64,000 nt of DNA from an uncultured Chloroflexia bacterium (GTDB taxonomy: Bacteria > Chloroflexota > Limnocylindria > Limnocylindrales > CSP1-4). The first letter of the stretch is position 1, and each line of letters begins with the position of its first letter. The notes below the pieces were generated by a model. It was not told the origin of the DNA. It saw nothing but the letters and a program-made list of their open reading frames with translations, and searched no databases. Positions 1-10,524 of this stretch are shown in pieces. The position numbers and the translations under genes are program-made. Location of the stretch: assembly GCA_963748625.1 (NCBI GenBank), contig CAVVJT010000003.1, positions 270,952 to 334,951 of the forward strand, in the 5' to 3' direction.

Positions 1-3000
1 TGTCCGGCCCTTGGTCTTGGCGTACTTGACCGAGCCGCCGGAGTACGAGCTCGACTTGGTCGTCGTCCACGTGCCGCCGAACCTGACGCTCGTGCTCGAC
101 TGCTGCGTGAGTCGTGGTGAGAGGGTGGCGGTGTACGCCCAGCCGCCCCTGTTGTCGGCTTTGTCGACCGCCCGGACCCGGTAGCGGACCGTGCCCGAGG
201 AGGCCGCGGTGACACTGGCGCTGGTCCCGGCGTACGTGCCGGCCGCCGTCCAGGTCCCGCCGCTCGTGCTCCGCTCGAGCTCGTAGGCGGCAACTCCGGA
301 GACGGCGTCAGCCGCGGCCTTCCAGGCGAGCGTGAGCGGGACCGCGGTGCCCGAGAGCGCCGTGCCCGTGCGCGGCGTCGCGCCGAGCGACGCGGGGGTC
401 GAGGGCGCGGTCCGGTCGATGGTGACGGCCGCACTGCCGACGTCGGCGGCGGGACCGGGATTGCCGGCACCGTCGCTGACGCTGCCCGCGGTGAGCGTGA
501 GGACGACCGTGCCCTCGCCGCAGCCGGTGACCTCGACGGTGTACGAGCTGCCGGAGCCCGACGGCGTGCCGACGGCGCAGCCGGCGGCGGTGCCGGCCAG
601 GGTGAGGTCGGATGCCGCAAGGCCGGTGACGGGCTCGCTGAAGGCCAGCGTGTAGGAGAGCGACGCGGCGCTGGTCGGGGTGGCCGGCGGGGTGAGCGTG
701 GCGGAAGGCGAGCCGCCATCCCGGAGGATCGTGTCATCGGCGGTGCCGGGAGCGGTCTCGGTGTTGCCCGCCAGGTCGGTGGCGCGGGTATAGACGTAGT
801 ACGTGCCGTCGACGGCCGGGATCGTGCACGTGATCGTGCCCGAGGTGGCGGTGCCGGCTGTTATGCCGCAGGCAACTGGCGATGCCAGGTCCGTGGACGT
901 CGAGTAGTACGCGGTGACCAAGGCCAGGCCTGAGCCGGTGCCGTCGGACGCGGTGTAGCCGACGGGCACACTTGTGCCAGCGGTCACGGTCGCAGCGATA
1001 CTGCCCGCCGAGGTGGGCGCGGTCCGGTCGATGGTGACGGCCGCACTGCCGACGTCGGCGGCGGGACCGGGATTGCCGGCACCGTCGCTGACGCTGCCCG
1101 CGGTGAGCGTGAGGACGACCGTGCCCTCGCCGCAGCCGGTGACCTCGACGGTGTACGAGCTGCCGGAGCCCGACGGCGTGCCGACGGCGCAGCCGGCGGC
1201 GGTGCCGGCCAGGGTGAGGTCGGATGCCGCAAGGCCGGTGACGGGCTCGCTGAAGGCCAGCGTGTAGGAGAGCGACGCGGCGCTGGTCGGGGTGGCCGGC
1301 GGGGTGAGCGTGGCGGAAGGCGAGCCGCCATCCCGGAGGATCGTGTCATCGGCGGTGCCGGGAGCGGTCTCGGTGTTGCCCGCCAGGTCGGTGGCGCGGG
1401 TATAGACGTAGTACGTGCCGTCGACGGCCGGGATCGTGCACGTGATCGTGCCCGAGGTGGCGGTGCCGGCTGTTATGCCGCAGGCAACTGGCGATGCCAG
1501 GTCCGTGGACGTCGAGTAGTACGCGGTGACCAAGGCCAGGCCTGAGCCGGTGCCGTCGGACGCGGTGTAGCCGACGGGCACACTTGTGCCAGCGGTCACG
1601 GTCGCAGCGATACTGCCCGCCGAGGTGGGCGCGGTCCGGTCGATGGTGACGGCCGCACTGCCGACGTCGGCGGCGGGACCGGGATTGCCGGCACCGTCGC
1701 TGACGCTGCCCGCGGTGAGCGTGAGGACGACCGTGCCCTCGCCGCAGCCGGTGACCTCGACGGTGTACGAGCTGCCGGAGCCCGACGGCGTGCCGACGGC
1801 GCAGCCGGCGGCGGTGCCGGCCAGGGTGAGGTCGGATGCCGCAAGGCCGGTGACGGGCTCGCTGAAGGCCAGCGTGTAGGAGAGCGACGCGGCGCTGGTC
1901 GGGGTGGCCGGCGGGGTGAGCGTGGCGGAAGGCGAGCCGCCATCGACCGACAGCATGGCGCACGCTGTCCCATCGCTGGTCACGCCGGTCACCCCGGTGG
2001 CTCGCACACAGACCTGGTACGTCTCGGTCATATCACGGGCCATGATGACCGTGCTCAGCGCCTCGCTCGGGCCGCCGTAGGTGCCTTCGATCGGTTCCCA
2101 CCAGCGACCCGTGAAGACCTCTGCTGACGCCACCCCCATGGGATCATCCGCGGTCGCCGTAACGGTGACGGCGGCGCCGGGGCGGACGGTCGACGGCGAC
2201 ACCGACATATCCGAGACGATGGGTGGAGTGAAGTAGATCGTCACCGTGTCGGCCGTGACCGCCGACGACGGGCCAGCCTGTCCTGCCGAATCCAGCACGC
2301 TTCCGGCCGCGAGGCTGAGGACTACCGTTCCTTCGCGGCACCCGTACACGATGATCTGGTAGGAGCTGCCCGACCCGGTGGGAGGGTTGAGGTCGCAGCC
2401 GGCCGCGGTGCCGGTCCTTGCGAAGTCGCCCTTGCTGACCCCGGTGACGGTCTCGCTGAAGGTCACCGTGAAGGTGAGGCTCGTGTCTTTGGTCAGGGTC
2501 GCTGGCGGCGTGATCGTCGCCGTCGGCGGGAGATCGAGCGGCGGGAGTGCCTGCCAGTCGGGCGTGAGGTTGCGACCGTTGCTCTCGATGACCAGGTGCG
2601 GGGAGCTCCCGTCGGCGTTCATCACCCAGATGGCATCGGTGCCACCACGGTCGGAGTGGAAGGCAATGAACGCGCGGTCAGGGGAGAGGGCCGGATCGGA
2701 GTCCTCGGCGGGGTCATCGGTCAGGCGTCCGTGTGCGTCCCAGATCTCCAGGCTGCCATTCCAACGGCCGTGGTAGAGCTCGCCGTCAACGCCTCCGAGG
2801 TCCGTGCCCGCCGACGTGTCCGCTCCGCCGATGCACTCCGTCGAGACCGGCACACAGAAGATGCCCCAGAGCGACCCGGACGTCGCCCGGAGCTCCGTTC
2901 CGCTGGCCCAGTCCACGCTCGAGAAGGCGGGATCGTTCGCGACCAGCGTCCACTCGAATGGGCTGGCCACGGGGACGAACTCCACATAGCCCTGCTCGCC

Positions 3001-3438
3001 GAGGATGCCCTCTGACGCCCACCCCGCACGGATGTAGGCGATGCGCGTGCCGTCAGGACTCCAGGCCGGGCGCCGGTCGTCGGCCTGAGCCGTCAGCCGG
3101 GTGAGGTTCGACCCGTCCACGTCGACGACGTAGATGCCGCCGGCGGCGACGTCGCGAGACGCAAATGCGATCCGACGCCCGTTCGGGCTCCAGTCAGGAT
3201 CTGCCGCCTCAAGACCAGCGGTCGGGACCTTCACCACGTCGGTGCCGTCTGGGTTGGCCGTGTAGATCGCCATCCCGCCGTCGCGGTCACTGGCGAACGC
3301 GAGCCTCCCATTCGTGCCGGGAAACGACCCGTAGGCGGTCAATGGCCCGGAGGTAATGCCCGCGCTCATGAGGGCAACCGCGCCGAGTGCCGCCAGCACG
3401 GCGACGCGACGCACGCTGAACGGTGGTCGATGTGGCAA
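1..3438 (-). CDS. Secreted TolB/PD40 beta-propeller protein with repeated Ig-like domains (runs off the left edge)
   Basis: Manual minus-strand translation: signal-like RRVAVLAALGAVALMSAG, then FPGTNGRLAFASDRDG, PDWSPNGRRIAF, PAWSPDGTRIAY, PALSPDRAFIAFHSDR, then Ig-like units (FSEPVTGL...DGAGN, RATDLAGN). No stop before position 1, so it is absent from the ORF track. Start TTG 3438 or GTG 3414. Confidence 0.85.
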   Translation of the reverse strand, partial: MPHRPPFSVRRVAVLAALGAVALMSAGITSGPLTAYGSFPGTNGRLAFASDRDGGMAIYTANPDGTDVVKVPTAGLEAADPDWSPNGRRIAFASRDVAAGGIYVVDVDGSNLTRLTAQADDRRPAWSPDGTRIAYIRAGWASEGILGEQGYVEFVPVASPFEWTLVANDPAFSSVDWASGTELRATSGSLWGIFCVPVSTECIGGADTSAGTDLGGVDGELYHGRWNGSLEIWDAHGRLTDDPAEDSDPALSPDRAFIAFHSDRGGTDAIWVMNADGSSPHLVIESNGRNLTPDWQALPPLDLPPTATITPPATLTKDTSLTFTVTFSETVTGVSKGDFARTGTAAGCDLNPPTGSGSSYQIIVYGCREGTVVLSLAAGSVLDSAGQAGPSSAVTADTVTIYFTPPIVSDMSVSPSTVRPGAAVTVTATADDPMGVASAEVFTGRWWEPIEGTYGGPSEALSTVIMARDMTETYQVCVRATGVTGVTSDGTACAMLSVDGGSPSATLTPPATPTSAASLSYTLAFSEPVTGLAASDLTLAGTAAGCAVGTPSGSGSSYTVEVTGCGEGTVVLTLTAGSVSDGAGNPGPAADVGSAAVTIDRTAPTSAGSIAATVTAGTSVPVGYTASDGTGSGLALVTAYYSTSTDLASPVACGITAGTATSGTITCTIPAVDGTYYVYTRATDLAGNTETAPGTADDTILRDGGSPSATLTPPATPTSAASLSYTLAFSEPVTGLAASDLTLAGTAAGCAVGTPSGSGSSYTVEVTGCGEGTVVLTLTAGSVSDGAGNPGPAADVGSAAVTIDRTAPTSAGSIAATVTAGTSVPVGYTASDGTGSGLALVTAYYSTSTDLASPVACGITAGTATSGTITCTIPAVDGTYYVYTRATDLAGNTETAPGTADDTILRDGGSPSATLTPPATPTSAASLSYTLAFSEPVTGLAASDLTLAGTAAGCAVGTPSGSGSSYTVEVTGCGEGTVVLTLTAGSVSDGAGNPGPAADVGSAAVTIDRTAPSTPASLGATPRTGTALSGTAVPLTLAWKAAADAVSGVAAYELERSTSGGTWTAAGTYAGTSASVTAASSGTVRYRVRAVDKADNRGGWAYTATLSPRLTQQSSTSVRFGGTWTTTKSSSYSGGSVKYAKTKGRT
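403..1944. repeat. Tandem 612-bp (204-codon) repeat, about 2.5 apparently identical copies
   Basis: GGGCGCGGTCCGGTCGATGG at 403, 1015 and 1627. Antisense ORFs 974..1267 and 1586..1879 are identical. Confidence 0.95.
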
Positions 3439-3989
3439 AGGGGTCTGGGCTCCTATCGATGCTTGCGCGGCGGTGTCGTGGGCAATGAGCGAGCGAGGGG
3501 CGCAGGAGAGATCCTATGCGGATTAGCCGACCTGCGAGGTGTCGCCGGCGGCCGTCCGAGAAGAACCCGCCTGAACCACCGGACGCGTCCCGACCCGTGG
3601 ACGGCGCGGCATGATCGGGTCCGGCAAGCCCGGCGACCCCCCGCGAAAGAACGGCATCCGGAGCGTCCGCGGTGGAGACAAGGTCCACCACCGCTGATCG
3701 TAGTATCCAGCGATCCGCCCGGCACACGGCGCGCCGCCATGATGCCGCACCGCCGCAGAGAGTGTGCCCCCGAGGTTTCGGATTGACCGGCCCTCGGGGA
3801 GACCGCCAGGCGGGATCGAGATCGGCCCATCAAAGCGGCCTGACCCGCTCCCCCACAGATCGCCTGCTGCAAGACAGCAACAGGGTGCGGAGTGTTCTGC
3901 CACATCGGGCTGGTGAATTGCACGCACCGTGCAGTCAGACTGTGGGTACGCCGAGCTCGATGCCAAGCCGGCGCCACAGGAGATCTGCC

Positions 3990-4250
3990 ATGACCAAGCG
4001 AACGACTTCGCGCAACTGGACCGGCACCGTCACCGCCAGAGCTGAACCCGACCCGGCTACGGCCCCCAACGTCGCACCCTCCTGGAAGGCGCGCCAGGAT
4101 CAGATGGTCCAGCGGATGGTGGCCTATCGCCTGAGCGATGCCTGGACCGAGAACGAACCGGCAGTCCGCGCGACTGGGTCACTCGACCCGGACGAGGAGC
4201 TGATGCTGGGCTCGGCTTTCCGTGCACACCAGAAGATCGTGGAGCGCTGA
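3990..4250 (+). CDS. Small hypothetical protein
   Basis: AGGAG upstream of ATG 3990; MTKRTTSRNW... 86 aa. Confidence 0.5.
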   Translation: MTKRTTSRNWTGTVTARAEPDPATAPNVAPSWKARQDQMVQRMVAYRLSDAWTENEPAVRATGSLDPDEELMLGSAFRAHQKIVER

Positions 4251-4366
4251 CAGAAAGCGGGTCCTCGTCCTCTGGCTGCCCATCCTCGCCATCGTCGCCA
4301 TCGTCTCGGTTGTCGCCCAACTGCTGGGCCGACCCGAAGTGAAGTCACGGAAGGAACTCCATCGTC

Positions 4367-4639
4367 ATGAGCCTGCTTGACAGCATCCTGGGCCGGCAGC
4401 CTACCGCGATCCCGCCCCAAGTTGACCCGGAGTACCGCGCGCATTGGGACGCGCTCACACCCTGGGAACAGGGCGAGCTACTTCGACTGTCGGAGGCCTC
4501 CGCAAAGCGTTCCCTCCAGATCAACCCGAGCCGCAACTTCATCGCCGAGCGGGACGCGTACATCAACCTCGAGCTCTCCGGAACGCTCGCGAGAGTCGCG
4601 GCTGTCGTCGAGGAGAACCTATGGGGCCCGTCTTCTTGA
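4367..4639 (+). CDS. Small hypothetical protein
   Basis: 90-aa ORF with protein-like composition and upstream AAGGAA. Confidence 0.55.
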   Translation: MSLLDSILGRQPTAIPPQVDPEYRAHWDALTPWEQGELLRLSEASAKRSLQINPSRNFIAERDAYINLELSGTLARVAAVVEENLWGPSS

Positions 4640-4744
4640 CGCTCCTCGACACCCGGCATTGGGTGTCGACTCCGACACCGCTGTCGGCTGCCTGCACGCG
4701 TATCTGACTGCATCATCCAGACCCAACACAGCCAACCCCGGAGT

Positions 4745-5833
4745 GTGCTCGTGACACTCGACAACGTTGCCTCGCGGACCGTCGCGGCTATCCGCGCAAG
4801 GCTGATGGTTGACCCCGAGTGGTCGATCGACCTGCCCGACGGGTTCGCCTGGTGGGGCCACGACGTACGTCAGGAGATCACGGCGCGCCTCGAGGCTGGC
4901 GGCACTGGCGATGCCCGCGCCCGGGTGCTCATCAGGACCGAGCTGGTGCGGGGCGTCACCGCGAGCGGTGCGCACCTTGCCCATCTCGTGACCGCCATGA
5001 ACGGCAGGCCGCTCGGCGGCGCCGCTCGTGTGCTTGGCGACGGACGGCTTGTCATCGAGGCGACCTTTCCTGGAGCCGACGAGACCATCGGCCGGATCGT
5101 CCATGCCGCAGCGACCGCGGCAACGATGGCCCTCACCGTGGGCCACGACGTGGTCGAGGGCCGGCTGGCCGAGCTGGGCGGATCGATTGCCACGAGCGAG
5201 CACCCCACCAGCGGACGCCGATGGAATCCCGACCAGATGCTCGAACTGCCGCTCCAGTTCCCGCTCATCGCGATGCAACTCGAGGCGCAGGGTGGGGCGA
5301 ACCCATGGTCGACGGCCGACGAGTGGGAGTACACGGCACGAACGGTCACGAACCTGCGCGCCGGCGTATCGACGCCCGGCCCAACGTCGCTGACCGCGCA
5401 GTTCCCGCTCCGGGATCGCGCCGGTGGAGCAGACCCCATTGCGATGCTACGAAACGAGTTTCCCACGGCGCTGCTTCGTGGTGACTGGCTGGCGGACACC
5501 ACCGTCGGGGGTGGACCGACGCTCGGGCCTGGCATCGTCCTTCGGCTCTTCCTCCCAGCCATGTCGTATCCCGGGTTCGGCACGCTCGAGGAGGTGGCCG
5601 TCGCCCTGAACGCCGCCGAGATCGAGCGAGGCGGCGCCACCGGCGAGGTATGGCCGGCGCATTTCGGCGCCTGGACACTCCAACCAAGCATCAACAGCCA
5701 ATTGCTCGTCGCCTACGTGCTCTGGGCGCCCGCGATGCTGGCGAGCCGCATCTCACTCACCGACCTCGTGCTCCAGCAGGCGTACCGAACGCGCAACGCC
5801 ATCAACTGGCTCACCTCCGATCTCGGGCACTGA
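4745..5833 (+). CDS. Hypothetical protein, possibly tandem YbjN/T3SS-chaperone-like domains
   Basis: 362 aa; two halves with a helix-N-G-strand pattern (LVTAMNGRPLGG...DGRLVIEATF; AVALNAAE...HFGAW). The fold call is inference. Confidence 0.6.
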   Translation: MLVTLDNVASRTVAAIRARLMVDPEWSIDLPDGFAWWGHDVRQEITARLEAGGTGDARARVLIRTELVRGVTASGAHLAHLVTAMNGRPLGGAARVLGDGRLVIEATFPGADETIGRIVHAAATAATMALTVGHDVVEGRLAELGGSIATSEHPTSGRRWNPDQMLELPLQFPLIAMQLEAQGGANPWSTADEWEYTARTVTNLRAGVSTPGPTSLTAQFPLRDRAGGADPIAMLRNEFPTALLRGDWLADTTVGGGPTLGPGIVLRLFLPAMSYPGFGTLEEVAVALNAAEIERGGATGEVWPAHFGAWTLQPSINSQLLVAYVLWAPAMLASRISLTDLVLQQAYRTRNAINWLTSDLGH

Positions 5834-5889
5834 GACCGGTGACTGAGAAGGCCGCAACCTCGCCGAAGGTCCTACTCGCTTAGTCACGA

Positions 5890-6570
5890 ATGGGGATCCC
5901 CAGGGATCTCCGCCGGGGGTTGACAATCGGGGAAGCGTCCACCAGCCATCGCTGGAGTCACGGCTGCCGTCCCCAGCTGACTTCCGGTACGTGGGGTGTT
6001 GTCTTGACCAAGAGTTGGCATGAGTGGGAGCCAGACGGGCCGGATGAAAGGTCGGTCCTCCTTGAGATCGCCCGGCACATGCGGAGCGCCTGGGAAGTTC
6101 GCGAGAAGCCCAAGAGCACGGCCTTCAAGGCCGGCCACCAGTTGGCATACAAGGGTTGGAAGTTCCCCAGCGCGCTCGTTGACATGGCCGATCGATCGGA
6201 GGTCACAGGCGTCAAGGCATTGCGCGCCCTCATCATCGCCGGCCGGTACGACTGGTTCGAGCGCGCGGCCGCGCTTGCTCCCGGTTCGGTCATCACGCCC
6301 ATGGGTGCTGGAAGTGACGTCGAGCGCACGTGGCTCGCCAACCTCTACGGCCCGGCCACGCAACTGAGCCGGATCAGCATCGACGAAGCTGAGATCTGGA
6401 TGGTCCCCGAGCAGCGTGGCTGGCGGGTGGCGGCGATCTTCGTTCACGACGCCTCAGCAAGTGGGCTCAAGCCCGTCCTACAACTCGCGACTGCGACATC
6501 TGGTGGATGTCTTGTGGCGAGCGCCCTCGTTGGGGCGGTGCTGGTCGCGGTGATCCACTCCGTGCGTTAG
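5890..6570 (+). CDS. Hypothetical protein with C-terminal hydrophobic segment
   Basis: 226-aa ORF; start uncertain. Confidence 0.5.
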   Translation: MGIPRDLRRGLTIGEASTSHRWSHGCRPQLTSGTWGVVLTKSWHEWEPDGPDERSVLLEIARHMRSAWEVREKPKSTAFKAGHQLAYKGWKFPSALVDMADRSEVTGVKALRALIIAGRYDWFERAAALAPGSVITPMGAGSDVERTWLANLYGPATQLSRISIDEAEIWMVPEQRGWRVAAIFVHDASASGLKPVLQLATATSGGCLVASALVGAVLVAVIHSVR

Positions 6571-6606
6571 CCGGGCGACACGGCGTCCCACCAAGGAGAG
6601 TGTGAA

Positions 6607-6963
6607 TTGACGGGGAAGCTACCGACGACCTGCATGCACTGCGGCTACCCGCGCGAGCCGGGGTCGGGCCTACTCTGTGCGGCCTGCCGACAGCCCGTCT
6701 CCCCGGAGGCCGATGCTCTCCTTCGGAGCCCCGAGTTGCAGGAGGCGACGCAGCGAGCGTTCACGCAGGCCATGTACGAGAGCCAGCGCTCGGGCGTCAA
6801 CTGGGGCGGATTCTGGCTCGGACTCATCGTGGCGCTCGTCGCAGTAGGAATTTCGCTCGGCAGCATGAACGGCGCGTCGCAGGGTGGCGGGGTATACGTC
6901 GTCTTCTGGGGGGCGGCCCTCTGGGGCGGCTGGAAGGCTCTCAAGAGCCTCGGGGGCGGGTGA
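6607..6963 (+). CDS. Zinc-ribbon membrane protein
   Basis: AAGGAG RBS before TTG; CMHC...CAAC; two TM segments at the C-terminus. Confidence 0.75.
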   Translation: MTGKLPTTCMHCGYPREPGSGLLCAACRQPVSPEADALLRSPELQEATQRAFTQAMYESQRSGVNWGGFWLGLIVALVAVGISLGSMNGASQGGGVYVVFWGAALWGGWKALKSLGGG

Positions 6964-7234
6964 TCACAGACAGTCGACAAGGCCACCGCGTCCCCTATTC
7001 CAGCAGAGCCAGCGCGCGAGGGTGACCCGGTGGTGAACGCCAGGGCTGGGCTGGTACCACGTGCCGGCGACTCCCGCGAGCATCACGACCGCCGAGCGGG
7101 ACCAAAGGACCGTCAGTCAGCGCGAACGGGCCAAACGTCCCATTGGGAGCGGGGGGAATCATGCAACGCTGCGATCGATGCCCTGGCTCCGTGTTGACCG
7201 ACGCCAAGGGCCAGCAGGGGGGATCACGCGTCCC

Positions 7235-7984
7235 ATGCGGTCAGACGCATTCCATCTCGAAGACGAGCTCCTCGGTGATCGATACCGGGTTGTGGCAGAT
7301 CTCGGGGCGGGCGCCTTTGGCCGCGTCGTGAGCGCCCGAGACACCTCCCTTGACCGCGACGTCGCGGTCAAGCTCGTAGCGTTGCCGTCAGGGCAGCGCC
7401 CTCCCGTTGCCGACGTTCTCCGGGAGGCACGAGTCGCGAGCGCTGCCGCCCCTGCTGCGGTCGTCGTCTATGACGTCCTCTCGTCACCCGACGGCATCGG
7501 GATCGTGATGGAGCTGGTGCCACGTGGCTCGCTGGTTCCGGCCGTTCGCGCTGGAACTCCCGCGCCACGCGCCTACGATCTCGGTCGAGCGACGCTCGAG
7601 GCGATGGCGCTTGTCCACGCGGCCGGTGTGATGCATCTGGATCTCCACCCGGGAAACCTGCTCGTCCGGGGCGACAGGTCCGTCGCCGTCGCGGACTTCG
7701 GTCTGGCGCGATTCCGGCGGTCAGGCGGGTTCTCTCGTGGGGGCCACGAACTCGTCTGGACCGCCCCGGAACTCCTGGACTACGGGGTCGTGTCGCCGCA
7801 GGCGGATGTCTTCGCGCTTGGCCTGGTCCTGCGCTGGATCGAGCGTCGATCCGGAGTCACCTTCGGCGATGTCGTGTCCCGGGCGTGTGCCGTGGATCGC
7901 CGTGAACGACCGCGCGATGCGGCGGACTTCCTCGCTGCTATCGCGGAACGACCCGCAAGCGCCGCAGCTGGGGTGCGTTCTTGA
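7235..7984 (+). CDS. Hanks-type Ser/Thr protein kinase (catalytic domain only)
   Basis: LGAGAFGRV, VAVK, VMELV, HLDLHPGN, DFGLAR, TAPE, ADVFALG. Start ATG 7235 is likely; the ORF is open from 7061. Confidence 0.9.
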   Translation: MRSDAFHLEDELLGDRYRVVADLGAGAFGRVVSARDTSLDRDVAVKLVALPSGQRPPVADVLREARVASAAAPAAVVVYDVLSSPDGIGIVMELVPRGSLVPAVRAGTPAPRAYDLGRATLEAMALVHAAGVMHLDLHPGNLLVRGDRSVAVADFGLARFRRSGGFSRGGHELVWTAPELLDYGVVSPQADVFALGLVLRWIERRSGVTFGDVVSRACAVDRRERPRDAADFLAAIAERPASAAAGVRS

Positions 7985-10524
7985 GCCTCCTCGACCTCTT
8001 CCAGCGGCATCCTGCGGTCGACCGGGTGGCTGCAATGGTGGACGCAGCCGATGCCGTCATCGAGAACGATCCGCACCTGTCTCGGATGCACCTTCGTGAT
8101 CTCGGGAGGCGTCCGTGGTTCAGGGCGCCGGACAGCAATCGGATCAGCTATGGGTTCGCGTTGCGCGCTTACGCCGCGTGGCTCGAGCGGGACCTCACGG
8201 CCGCCCTCTTGGACATGCGCGGGGTCACTGGGTTGTCGCCGGTCGCCGAACCGCTGCTTCCACTCGTCCCTCTTCTATCGGGTGGGGCGGCCGGAGACTT
8301 CGAGGGTCAGGCGCAGCTCGTCGCCGACCGATTTGGCGGGTGCGGACGGTCGTCGTGCAACCATCCGATCGGGCTGGAGGCAGCGCTCGCCCTGATGCGG
8401 CAGGCGGACGAGGCGCCGGCCCTCGTGCGGTGGGCGCTGCGCTCGCCTGAGCACGAGGCGCCCCTACGCATCGCTGCCTTCGGACGCGCCTGGCAGTTGG
8501 GTGCACGCGACGATGCCGAGCAGGCTCTTGATGGTCCCGGAGAGCGACTTCTCCTCGCGCGAGCGCGCGTCGCGTACGACACGGCCGAGCACGCACGGGT
8601 CATCGAGATGCTCCCGCCGGATCATGAGCTTTCGATCCGTTCGACGCTCTCGCTGCTCCTGCAAGGCGAGGCCGTGCCCGACGCGAACCGCCAGGCGGTC
8701 GAATCGGAATGCGGACGCGACGCGACCGTGGCCATCTTGCTCGAAGAGGCGGACGGACGCTACGCGAATGCAGCCGTCGCGTGGAGACGCGCGGGGAACG
8801 CGGGACGCGCCTGGGAAGCGGAAGCGCTATCTGATCCGCGTCACGCTGGTCAGCCGCCGGCCATGTCCGGCCTTCACCGCGGCACCGTGTGGTATGCGCA
8901 CGCGGCCGGATCAGCTCCAAGACCGGCTGACCCGCCAGCCACCCAGATCGACCACCACAACGCCGAGGTGGGAGTCGGACGGACGCAGCTCCGCCGCGTC
9001 CGGGAGAGTCGCAGGCCCCCTGACCGATCCTCAGCTGACCCAGGGGTTGCACGTCTCGACGAGGTGCTTGGGATCCTGGGCGAAGAGCCGCGACGAGCGG
9101 CGTCGATGCTGGCAGCCACCAGCCCAGATGCGCCACCGCGTGAGCTCGTCGCGTCCATGGCGACGGCTCCAACGAAACGTGGGGCGAACCCAGGGCCCCA
9201 CTGGGCGGTCTGGAGCGAAACCCACCACCAGGTCGTTCCCTTGCCGCGCCGCGCGCACCCCGTTCACTGGCTGGCCAGCCGCCAAGGGCTCGCGGTTCCC
9301 GCTCGCGAGGACCTCGATCAGCTTCCGCACGAGCAACGGCTGCCCGTGCTGGCGGCCGTCGTCGGGGCCGGGGAGGCCTGGGCTCGGGCAACCGCGTCAG
9401 GCGCGCTGACCACGGCCGCGCTGGGCGCCGCCTTGCCCCAGGCCCTGCCCGACCTGCCGGCCCTCGCGGTAGCTGTGGCGACGCGCGTGGATCTGGATCC
9501 GGCGATGCGCAGACACGCGTCGATCGTTGCGGGCGCGGCCCTGGCCAACGGGGTAGCCCGTGGCGCGTGGGATGCGGAGGCCGCCGCGGCGGCGGCTCGG
9601 CGCGTCACTGCCACGGTCGCGGACCTGCTCCCAAGTCCTGAGCAGCTATCGAGCGATGAGGCATTCAGGATCGACAGCGAGGTACTGGAGGCATTCTCAA
9701 AGACCGCGCGACGACGCGCCGTCGGGCCCGTGCTCCGGTTCCTCGCGGATCTGCCGCTGCCCGCAAGCATGCCGAAGAGCGTCTCCAGCCTCTACACGTC
9801 CCAACCGGCCCTCGCCGTCCTGCTTCTCAAGGCGGGCCGGCCGGACGCGGCACGTCGCGCCTTCCAGCAGGGTGACGGAGCAGACACGGCCCTCGCCGCC
9901 GAGATTGCCGCAGCGGTGGCGGATCGCCACCTTGCCGCAAAGCGGCCCGTCGACGCGTTGCACGAGCTGGCGACTGTTCCGAATCCAAAGGACCTGGCAC
10001 GTGTGGACATCGACCTGCTCGACCGAGTGGCCGCCGGCATCGTGCGCGAGCGCGGAAGTGTTCCGATTGACGCTGTCCTCAAGGATGCCGACATCCTCCT
10101 CGCCCACGTTCGTGGAGTGGCATCTGTGGCAACCATGGTTGTCGAACTACTCCTGAGGCGAACAACCAACCGTCCCGGCAGCGCTGCCCTTGACGTTGCC
10201 GACCTGGAGCGCGCCTACAAGATCGACCCCGACCACCCGGTGGTGAGGCGATCCCTGTCGTTCTCGCTCGTGGTGCGTGGAATGGAAACGGCCGAGACTC
10301 GACCGATTCAGGCCGTGGCTGACGTGGATCGCGCGACCGACCTCTACATGGCGGATGCCCAACTGGTCGAGATGGCCTCGAAGGTGGCGCTCCACGCGGG
10401 TGCGATCCTCTGGGGCAAGCAGCACAACCGTGCTGCCGCCAGCAGGGCGATCGAGGTTGCCTTGTCTATCGACCCCCGCAATGGCGATGCCCTGGCGGCT
10501 CGACGGATCATCCGAGGCTACTGA
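7981..10524 (+). CDS. Large alpha-helical/TPR-like protein
   Basis: 847 aa, Ala/Leu-rich; TPR-like ends LERAYKIDPDHP and IEVALSIDPRNGDA; TTGA overlap with the kinase stop. Confidence 0.75.
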   Translation: MSLLDLFQRHPAVDRVAAMVDAADAVIENDPHLSRMHLRDLGRRPWFRAPDSNRISYGFALRAYAAWLERDLTAALLDMRGVTGLSPVAEPLLPLVPLLSGGAAGDFEGQAQLVADRFGGCGRSSCNHPIGLEAALALMRQADEAPALVRWALRSPEHEAPLRIAAFGRAWQLGARDDAEQALDGPGERLLLARARVAYDTAEHARVIEMLPPDHELSIRSTLSLLLQGEAVPDANRQAVESECGRDATVAILLEEADGRYANAAVAWRRAGNAGRAWEAEALSDPRHAGQPPAMSGLHRGTVWYAHAAGSAPRPADPPATQIDHHNAEVGVGRTQLRRVRESRRPPDRSSADPGVARLDEVLGILGEEPRRAASMLAATSPDAPPRELVASMATAPTKRGANPGPHWAVWSETHHQVVPLPRRAHPVHWLASRQGLAVPAREDLDQLPHEQRLPVLAAVVGAGEAWARATASGALTTAALGAALPQALPDLPALAVAVATRVDLDPAMRRHASIVAGAALANGVARGAWDAEAAAAAARRVTATVADLLPSPEQLSSDEAFRIDSEVLEAFSKTARRRAVGPVLRFLADLPLPASMPKSVSSLYTSQPALAVLLLKAGRPDAARRAFQQGDGADTALAAEIAAAVADRHLAAKRPVDALHELATVPNPKDLARVDIDLLDRVAAGIVRERGSVPIDAVLKDADILLAHVRGVASVATMVVELLLRRTTNRPGSAALDVADLERAYKIDPDHPVVRRSLSFSLVVRGMETAETRPIQAVADVDRATDLYMADAQLVEMASKVALHAGAILWGKQHNRAAASRAIEVALSIDPRNGDALAARRIIRGY

